Both the position numbers and the translations under genes were made by a program. The notes beneath the pieces are model-generated. The model was given only the letters and a program-made list of their open reading frames with translations, did no database searches and was not told the origin of the DNA. 64,000 nt of DNA from Nitrosopumilus sp. (lineage in GTDB: Archaea > Thermoproteota > Nitrososphaeria > Nitrososphaerales > Nitrosopumilaceae), in the NCBI GenBank assembly GCA_965218785.1, contig OZ244650.1:604110-668109 (forward strand), given 5' to 3'. How positions within the stretch are numbered: position 1 is the first letter of the stretch; each line of letters begins with the position of its first letter. Shown in pieces: positions 57,269 to 64,000 of this stretch.

Positions 57269-57537
57269 AATCTATCGCGAAGTTTATTTAGAGATTCTAC
57301 AAATTCTTTACCTGTCAATTGTTTCCCTATTGTAATTTGATGTAATTCATAATCGTCGTCAACAATTGCCAATTTACTTTTACTTTTCCAATCAAGTTTA
57401 TCTAAAACATCTTTAGGCAAATAAATTGCACCATTTGATGATACTTCTAATTCTGAGATATTCTCTTGATGTGAATATTCTTCATTATAGCGTCTCCAGC
57501 TATTTTCACGGGATTGTAATTGTTTATTTAAAATCAT
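57265..57537 (-). CDS. AbrB/MazE-fold (VapB-like) antitoxin
   Basis: VSSNGAIYLPKDVLDKLDW; 4-bp overlap with the PIN gene. Confidence 0.65.
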   Translation of the reverse strand: MILNKQLQSRENSWRRYNEEYSHQENISELEVSSNGAIYLPKDVLDKLDWKSKSKLAIVDDDYELHQITIGKQLTGKEFVESLNKLRDRF

Positions 57538-57599
57538 ATCTTAATTTCATCAACCTAGTTTAAAAATTAATCGCATTATGGGGCGTTATCCGTAAATTC

Positions 57600-58300
57600 C
57601 ATCAAAATATGTTGTATTATATGAAAAGTACATCCGCTAGTCATCTGCATCATTCTCCATCCATTCTGGGTTGTTTTTTCTGATCGTATCTGTGGTCTTT
57701 TTGTTTCTAAACGCCATAAGCGGGGTTCATAGTTATCAATGTCAAGTGAAAAGTGCAGTCTTGACTCGTTGTAATAGTCTACATCTCCTTAAGAGTACGA
57801 TAATGGAATATCTCATCTTCTATCGTCCTGTGAAATCTCTCCAGCTTGCCGTTTGCCTGCGGATGATATGGTCTGGAATTTATCAGCACGATGTCTTTTG
57901 CCAAAAGCTCCTCCTCAAACAAGACAAGTCTCCATGTTCCATTTATCTGCATTTTTTTCCTGCCGTTTTGTCCCACAAAATACGAACCAGTATCTGAGAG
58001 TATGGATGCAGGTGCACCGAATCTCTTGATTGCCAGTCTGAGCAACATTACTGTATTCTCAGATGTGGCATTCTCTGCGGAGGATTCTTTAGCTACGGAA
58101 CAGCATCCTATGCAGTTTGATTCATCTGATCGCTATTGTGTAGTATGTCCGGAATGAATTTTAGTAAGATCCCATTTTCCTGTTTTTTGAACTGGATACT
58201 TGTGTTATAGATTCCATCTTTTTCCCCTAATGATTGGTTGTTTTTCTTGGAATATATGCCTTTCTGCTATATGTGGTATTCCCTGTACACCCGAATTTCG
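57600..58300 (-). mobile_element. Degraded IS481-like DDE (rve) transposase
   Basis: ILSDTGSYF, SRPYHPQANGKLERFHRTIE, then shifted YNESRLHFSLD; several frameshifts and stops. Confidence 0.8.
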
Positions 58301-58410
58301 TTTTTATTCAGATATGATTATTTTAGAACGGTACAATCTGTCTGAATGTTGAGAAATATCAAAATAAAATAAAGTAACATAAGTTTTGATCGTCACCATA
58401 TAATGAAAAA

Positions 58411-58686
58411 TCAGTCATATTTACTCAATCTATGTACTATTACATTGCATCCGTATAGAGAACCGAAAATTGCAGACATGCAAAGTCCAAATGTAACATA
58501 TGGTGTAAATGTCGGACCTATCATCCCTTGCATATCAGTAAAACTTGGACCAAAAAAAGATTCTTTGAATAATAATACTCCTGCCATAATAATAAACAAA
58601 TGATCAACAACTGATGCTCTGTCTTTTGGTGTTAAATCTTTTAGATGTTCTATTATTTTTTCTATGGATTTTAGTGAGAATTTCAA
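58411..58686 (-). CDS. Small 2-TM hypothetical protein
   Basis: Two hydrophobic segments; starts 1 bp after the upstream stop. Confidence 0.55.
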   Translation of the reverse strand: MKFSLKSIEKIIEHLKDLTPKDRASVVDHLFIIMAGVLLFKESFFGPSFTDMQGMIGPTFTPYVTFGLCMSAIFGSLYGCNVIVHRLSKYD

Positions 58687-58687
58687 T

Positions 58688-59134
58688 TTACTTTTTTAGT
58701 CCGAGAATACTTGCAGATAATGGTCCACAAATTGCTATTGCAATGATATAATTGAATGGACTGGGAACTGTAACTATTGCTGAGGCGGATAATGTTATTG
58801 CTATTCCTGCTGATAATATCAAAGGAAGTTTTGATCCTTTCTTTTTTCTATTGATTTTACGTGTTCTAGAATCTATTAAACCCATATTTGATTTTTGATG
58901 TAATCGGTTAGACCCAACCATAGATTTGTTGTATGTAGACACAGAAAGTAACCGCTTATATTTTTGATGATCTGATTGCATTGTTCTTTGATTTGTTGTG
59001 CTAAATCTTATTTTTGCTTTACATCTAATTTTTTGATGTGTAATCATTAATCTATTATCACTTTTAATGGAATGTGTTTTTTCCAATTTGTGATATGATG
59101 ATGATTTTTTGACTAACCGTGTTTCCATAATCAT
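58688..59134 (-). CDS. Hypothetical basic protein with C-terminal TM hairpin
   Basis: Lys/Arg-rich N-terminal region plus two hydrophobic C-terminal segments; 4-bp overlap with the upstream ORF. Confidence 0.55.
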   Translation of the reverse strand: MIMETRLVKKSSSYHKLEKTHSIKSDNRLMITHQKIRCKAKIRFSTTNQRTMQSDHQKYKRLLSVSTYNKSMVGSNRLHQKSNMGLIDSRTRKINRKKKGSKLPLILSAGIAITLSASAIVTVPSPFNYIIAIAICGPLSASILGLKK

Positions 59135-59592
59135 ATATCTCCATCAAACTTGTCTTTATGAGCATTTATGTATTCCTTGTAATCACTCAAAATTTTTTGC
59201 CATATATTTGACATGTTTTCAAAGTCTTTCATAGGTATCAGATATTCTTTACCGTCCTCATCCTTATTTGTTTTTATTTTTAATGAAATGATTGGTATTT
59301 GACCGATTATTTTATGCTTATCATCATAAACTGAACGAAATATTAATTGATCATCAAATCCTATGAGTTTATTTGATTCCTCATCCAACTGGATATTTGA
59401 AAGATATATAAAATTAAATTTGTTAATCATCTCTGAAGATATAATTTTTAAAAATTCTCGAATATTTTCTTTTATGTTTTCATTTAATTGAGATGTTTCT
59501 AAATAATTTTCTAACAACTCCTTATGGCTTTTGTTATAGTGAATTAATGTTGTAATTGAATTAATTGTAAGAGATAATACTATCTTCTTCAT
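59131..59592 (-). CDS. Hypothetical protein
   Basis: 153-aa AT-rich ORF; may be frameshift-linked to 59561-59737. Confidence 0.55.
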   Translation of the reverse strand: MKKIVLSLTINSITTLIHYNKSHKELLENYLETSQLNENIKENIREFLKIISSEMINKFNFIYLSNIQLDEESNKLIGFDDQLIFRSVYDDKHKIIGQIPIISLKIKTNKDEDGKEYLIPMKDFENMSNIWQKILSDYKEYINAHKDKFDGDI

Positions 59593-59737
59593 TAATTTCG
59601 ATATTATTTGAAATTAATGTTTGTAGATCACCATCTTTTAATTTCTTGACAAATTCTATTACTTGTTTTTTATCTGAAAAGATTTTTTCTAATTCTGGTT
59701 TAAAATAATTTATGAAATTTTCTTTGTCATGATCCAT
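59561..59737 (-). CDS. Small hypothetical ORF (58 aa), or N-terminal part of the next gene
   Basis: Manual translation MDHDKENFINYFKPELEKIFSDKKQVIEF...ISYN. Confidence 0.4.
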   Translation of the reverse strand: MDHDKENFINYFKPELEKIFSDKKQVIEFVKKLKDGDLQTLISNNIEINEEDSIISYN

Positions 59738-59972
59738 GATTAAATTACTGATTTGGATAATAAATCATTATATATTTGATTCTGTATAATTTGGTAGATT
59801 TGAAATATAGATCTTCTCCAAATTGAAAATTTGTACCAAAGTTGAAAAATTAAGATGAGATATATCATTTGAATCTCTCACACCTGATATATTGTGTAAT
59901 CGTCATGTTTTCTGAGGATTGTCGAATTATGGTGGGGGATCGATCTCATTGTTTTAGGACAAGGACGATTTG

Positions 59973-60017
59973 GTGGTTTTTGGTTTGATAAAATTAATCT
60001 CAAATATTTGCGTGTCA
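59973..60017. repeat. Right direct repeat of AT-rich island
   Basis: GTGGTTTTTGGTTTGATAAAATTAATCTCAAATATTTGCGTGTCA. Confidence 0.88.
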
Positions 60018-60040
60018 CTCTGGCAGGATTCCTTGCCGTA

Positions 60041-60409
60041 TCAAGACGGTGAGACTGTAAATGCGAAAAATTCCCCCCTGTCCCTGCTGGCAAATTTTGC
60101 AATCCTTGCCATGAATCCGTATTTCTTGTCTCTCATTTTTACTGCATCCCTGATCTCCTGCCCTGATAATATTTTGGCAGTACCTGGGATCCAATCCCCC
60201 GTAACCCTGCCCCTCATCGTACACAATGCAAACTTTACCTGTGAATTATTCCTAAGACGCTTTACTTTGCCTGTCTGTTCTCTTGTGACGACATAGATCA
60301 AATCCCCATTAACTACAAACCAAACCGGGGTTTTGACTGCCTGATTATTTCTTCGATAGGTTTCAAGCGAGATGTACTTTTGGGATTTTATCTCCTCCAA
60401 ACTAAACAT
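60041..60409 (-). CDS. PPOX-class F420-dependent oxidoreductase
   Basis: YISLETYRRNNQAVKTPVWF, GKVKRLRNN. Confidence 0.85.
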   Translation of the reverse strand: MFSLEEIKSQKYISLETYRRNNQAVKTPVWFVVNGDLIYVVTREQTGKVKRLRNNSQVKFALCTMRGRVTGDWIPGTAKILSGQEIRDAVKMRDKKYGFMARIAKFASRDRGEFFAFTVSPS

Positions 60410-60576
60410 GCTTGCCTGTCATGTTTCTGGAATTAATATCATGCGGCACACTTTAATTTTACCTGTTTTTCCATCTTCTTATGATCTTCCTGCATCCCAA
60501 TACCGGCAGAATGCAGTAGACACATCCTCTTTGAAATTGAACAACAAATAAACAGCCACACTCTTCTTTGCCGTGA

Positions 60577-60774
60577 TTACATTCTTGGCAGTTCATGTTT
60601 CTTACTCCGCGGCTTTGATCTTAACCTGGTCTTACAGCACGGACATGAAACTTGCTCTGTAAAGAAAAACAGTGCACACAAAGAACACCACTTTTGACCT
60701 ATTTTGTAACGCAGGTTGCTTGTAATTGACGTGGATTTTAGCCGGCTGCATAATCCGCGGCACATCTGAACCAT
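60577..60774 (-). CDS. Small Cys-rich zinc-binding protein
   Basis: CRGLC, CSLC, CPCC, then RLRSKPR. Confidence 0.65.
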   Translation of the reverse strand: MVQMCRGLCSRLKSTSITSNLRYKIGQKWCSLCALFFFTEQVSCPCCKTRLRSKPRSKKHELPRM

Positions 60775-60819
60775 GAATCAATCCGCCCGAAAATATATTT
60801 AAGAAAATATTCCAATCCG

Positions 60820-61275
60820 TCATTCTGAAATTTCTACAACCGCATCAATTTCAGTCATGGAATCTAGCGGCAGACTGGAGACTCCTACTGCAATTCTGGA
60901 ATGTCTTCCCTTCTCGCCGAATATCTCAAAAAACAAGTCCGAGGCAGAATTGATAACGACGGGCTGTGCTGCAAACCCTGGAGCAGAATTTACAAATCCT
61001 GAGAGTCTTACAATCCTTGCCACCTTATCCAGGTCTCCAAGCTCTCTTTTGATTTGGGCAAGTATGTTGACTGCACACATTCTTGCAGATTTTTGGGCAG
61101 TCTCCAAATTATCATCTGAGACTTTGCCGGTAAAGACTACCCTGCCATCCTCCATTGGAATCTGCCCTGAGATGAAAAGCAGGTTTCCTGTTCTCACTGC
61201 GGGAACATATGATCCTGCCGGTGTTGGCGGATCTGGCAGTCTTATCCCCAAAGATTCCAGTTTTTCTTCAATCAA
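60820..61275 (-). CDS. RidA/YjgF family protein
   Basis: GSYVP, ISGQIP, GFVNS, NSASDL, HSRIAVG. Confidence 0.9.
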   Translation of the reverse strand: MIEEKLESLGIRLPDPPTPAGSYVPAVRTGNLLFISGQIPMEDGRVVFTGKVSDDNLETAQKSARMCAVNILAQIKRELGDLDKVARIVRLSGFVNSAPGFAAQPVVINSASDLFFEIFGEKGRHSRIAVGVSSLPLDSMTEIDAVVEISE

Positions 61276-61301
61276 GAATTTCTGCGCAGTCTTGTCTGAT
61301 T

Positions 61302-62468
61302 TTAGTTTTTACTTATCTTGATGTGGACCCTTTCACCCTTGCTGTTGCTAGAGCCGTTTTGAAAGATCGTCCTGGTCTTATATCCCTGTTTTTGGAGACA
61401 TCCGTCTAAAATGGAGACCCATGGCAGGGAATGGCCGCTATTTAGCTTTGATTCTACTGTGATGTTCTTGGAGTTTGCCTCAAAATTGACATGCCCTGAG
61501 CAAGTTATCTGCATGATTACATCCATTATCTCTATGATATCATCAAGCGATCTTGATTTTAGTGAGACCCCGTTTCTCTCCAGTAATTTGAGCATGTCTG
61601 ATTCGGGTTTTTTCGATATCATTATGGAGTTTAGAAGATACGTCAGACCAGTCTCGTTGACTGTCTTGATAATCTTGTAAATTTCCTGGGCCTCTGTTTT
61701 TGTCATATCTGCAAGAGCCTTGGTCTTTGTTGCACCCTTCCAAATATTTGAGAACACCCTCTCCTGATTTACCCCCAGGATGTCAGTCGCTGAAAATATT
61801 GCACCCTTTCCGTTTGTGCTGTTTACCATTAGTAATTCTGTCCCATCAAAGATAAAGCAGTTCTGAGTAATCTCTGATGCCTTTATCTCTGCCCCGTAGG
61901 GAATCGCACTATACGCTTCAGAGCAGATCTGTGTTGGTGATACCAGCAGTTTGACTTCCAGGTTTCTGCGTAGTACTGCCGTCATCTGTTCCCTGCATTC
62001 TGCCAGTAACCCAAGCCCCCACTGGTCTGCCATTATCCGAATCGATGATTTTGAGCCTTCGACCATTGTTTGAAGCTGCGCCACCACGTTGTTTGCACTG
62101 ATGTGAAAATATCTTTTTTCCTCAGAACCCCTTGTTTTTCTGCTCTCCTCGCTTGCTTTTTTCAAATTTGAGACCAGTGAATTCATCGCATTTACTTTGT
62201 TGATCTGCTCGTGAATTATCCCGTCAAATGCGTCTTCAGGTGCAATTGCAGTACACATTATCGGCTTGCTTTTTGAGATGATTGCCAGTTTTTTATTCTC
62301 AAGTTTCAGCAAAGTAGGATAAATTTTGGTTCTTGGAATCTCCGAATAGTATGCCAGCTCTCCTGCTGAAATCGTTCCCCTTGCAATCAATGCCACGTAT
62401 GCCTGGGCCTCGTACCTGCTCAACCCAAACTCCTCCAGACTGACCGTTAATGCGTGCTCATTTACCAT
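61302..62468 (-). CDS. TrmB-family transcriptional regulator
   Basis: FGLSRYEAQAYVAL, IPRTKIYPTLLKL winged HTH plus C-terminal effector domains. Confidence 0.85.
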   Translation of the reverse strand: MVNEHALTVSLEEFGLSRYEAQAYVALIARGTISAGELAYYSEIPRTKIYPTLLKLENKKLAIISKSKPIMCTAIAPEDAFDGIIHEQINKVNAMNSLVSNLKKASEESRKTRGSEEKRYFHISANNVVAQLQTMVEGSKSSIRIMADQWGLGLLAECREQMTAVLRRNLEVKLLVSPTQICSEAYSAIPYGAEIKASEITQNCFIFDGTELLMVNSTNGKGAIFSATDILGVNQERVFSNIWKGATKTKALADMTKTEAQEIYKIIKTVNETGLTYLLNSIMISKKPESDMLKLLERNGVSLKSRSLDDIIEIMDVIMQITCSGHVNFEANSKNITVESKLNSGHSLPWVSILDGCLQKQGYKTRTIFQNGSSNSKGERVHIKISKN

Positions 62469-62712
62469 GATTCCACTCTAATTGTTATTAGGTAATATTG
62501 AGAGCTAAATTCCTTTACATAACTACTCAAAAAAATTCAAAATCGTATCTGCACACGGGTGTAACCGTGGTTACTAAATTGATTGTTACAACGTCCTCTA
62601 ATACAAAATCATGATCAATAAACTGATGCTAGTTAAATGTGAAATTAAAAGATTCGATGATGATAAAAACACCTCCCATTCAGTTACGCTGGTTCCAAGA
62701 CTGGATTACTCC

Positions 62713-63201
62713 ATGAATCTGCTAGATGAGATCACCGGGATTCTCAGTAAACGGATAAATGCCATAAAAAGATCAAACGAGGATTTGGCTGCAGAGTTTG
62801 ATGAAACAGACAAAACACATCTTGCCTCGATCAGACTAGAACAGACACTGCTGTTCTCCCTTGAGGTCTTATCCCAAACAAAAAGGCAGATGGCTCAAAT
62901 CTCCGGCATAAACAGCATTCCTGAGGTTCTACCATCGTCAATTCCGATGATTCGGACAGTCTGCGCACAACTTTATGATGTAATTCCCCAGTGCAGCCGG
63001 AGACTATCTGAATTATCCGTCCATTTGGGCAGTATAGCGCTGGATTCGGCAGTAATTACAAAGGCCAGACTGGACTTTGGCCTCTCCAATGAGGAATCTG
63101 CGACTCTGCTTAATAAAGTAAAATTGATGGTAGACTCTAAATTAAGTAAGCAGTACCCTAATCTTGATTTTTTTAAAATATCTAGCACTTGGCAATACTA
63201 A
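62713..63201 (+). CDS. Divergent CdvB/ESCRT-III-like protein
   Basis: Helical Snf7-like pattern (LEQ...IPMIRTV...LSEL) and C-terminal EESATLL...KLSKQYPNL; two genes upstream of cdvC, consistent with the recalled N. maritimus Nmar_1090-1088 order. Confidence 0.6.
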   Translation: MNLLDEITGILSKRINAIKRSNEDLAAEFDETDKTHLASIRLEQTLLFSLEVLSQTKRQMAQISGINSIPEVLPSSIPMIRTVCAQLYDVIPQCSRRLSELSVHLGSIALDSAVITKARLDFGLSNEESATLLNKVKLMVDSKLSKQYPNLDFFKISSTWQY

Positions 63202-63680
63202 ACACCAGACGGAGTCTTGTACGGGATATTGAACGAATAAAGACGATATCTTCAAAAATCGATAAAAAGATATCTGAAATCAAGCCGTCTGATGCTGAAA
63301 AGATAGACAAACTTACCCTGGAAGAACTGGGGGATTTGAATAAAATTGTCGGAATTGCCGATTTCATGCTGTGCAAATATGCCGAGAATAAGGACATGCA
63401 CTCGATTTTAAAACATTTTGTATCCATCATATCTGATACTGCAAAATCCCTTGATGATATCAACGATGAAATCTCTGAATTAATACTCTCAGCTGAGGAC
63501 TCTATTAACAAGGTAAAGGACATTCATACGCACATCTCTGACCGGTCTGAAATTAAAAGAGGATTTCATAACGGATCCGGGTATGATGTATCCAAAACAA
63601 GTGGAATTAATTTAACCAATCCTACGACAGAGATTAACATACCTGAATACCAACAAAATTCTCAAGAACAAACTACATAG
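63189..63680 (+). CDS. Hypothetical coiled-coil protein between the cdvB-like gene and cdvC
   Basis: 163-aa helical ORF overlapping the upstream stop. Confidence 0.65.
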   Translation: MAILNTRRSLVRDIERIKTISSKIDKKISEIKPSDAEKIDKLTLEELGDLNKIVGIADFMLCKYAENKDMHSILKHFVSIISDTAKSLDDINDEISELILSAEDSINKVKDIHTHISDRSEIKRGFHNGSGYDVSKTSGINLTNPTTEINIPEYQQNSQEQTT

Positions 63681-63689
63681 GTAATTAAG

Positions 63690-64000
63690 ATGAGTTTGGC
63701 CCCCCAAGAATTAGAAAACACTGCTAGTAAATATGCCTCTGAGGCTATCAAATTTGATTCTCAGGGCGCCCGTGGCATGGCAATCACCCATTATCAGCAG
63801 GCAATCGACTCGCTTGTGAAACTGTTACAGCTTTATCCTAACAGCAAGCTAAACCTCATCTACAAGGAAAGATGCAACTCTTATCATAACAGAATTCAGG
63901 CACTGCAGCAGGCCCACGGCGTGGATCCTGCAGTTGATCCAAAGGCATCCCCGGAAGATCAAAAAAAATCCGTTCAAAGACAAGAGGCAGAAAACGACTT
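63690..64000 (+). CDS. cdvC: Cell division AAA ATPase CdvC/Vps4 (N-terminal MIT domain; truncated by the window)
   Basis: Manual translation MSLAPQELENTASKYASEAIKFDSQGARGMAITHYQQAIDSLVKLLQLYP... Confidence 0.85.
   Translation, partial: MSLAPQELENTASKYASEAIKFDSQGARGMAITHYQQAIDSLVKLLQLYPNSKLNLIYKERCNSYHNRIQALQQAHGVDPAVDPKASPEDQKKSVQRQEAEND

Overview
Archaeal chromosomal window, most likely from a Nitrosopumilaceae ammonia oxidiser (Thaumarchaeota/Nitrososphaeria). The backbone carries rps8e, scpAB, eIF-1A, eIF-5A, srp54, pus10, rps24e/rps27ae, apgM, thiDN, a malonic semialdehyde reductase-like gene of the 3HP/4HB cycle, uvrBAC, citrate synthase, and a cdvB-like gene next to cdvC; there is also an intron-containing tRNA-Tyr. 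Several accessory patches interrupt this backbone: (i) a frameshifted, membrane-anchored serpin beside the tRNA-Tyr 3' end; (ii) an AT-rich orphan P-loop ATPase followed by a ~780 bp array of 9-bp units in two variants (GGAATTTCA/GGAATTTGA); (iii) an antitoxin with a decayed RelE-like toxin; (iv) a hicB-hicA-like pair bracketed by two 41-bp direct repeats that each fold into a long hairpin, just upstream of uvrB; (v) a decayed type III restriction fragment, a small-ORF plus SDH/ClpP-fold protease pair, and a 4311-aa modular surface protein; (vi) a ~3.4 kb AT-rich island bounded by ~45-bp direct repeats, containing an AbrB/PIN pair, an IS481-like remnant and orphan genes. Serpin, giant adhesin, several toxin-antitoxin modules and IS debris together suggest a host-associated (e.g. 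sponge) lineage, but that is inference. All family assignments come from motif recognition by eye; no database search was run.
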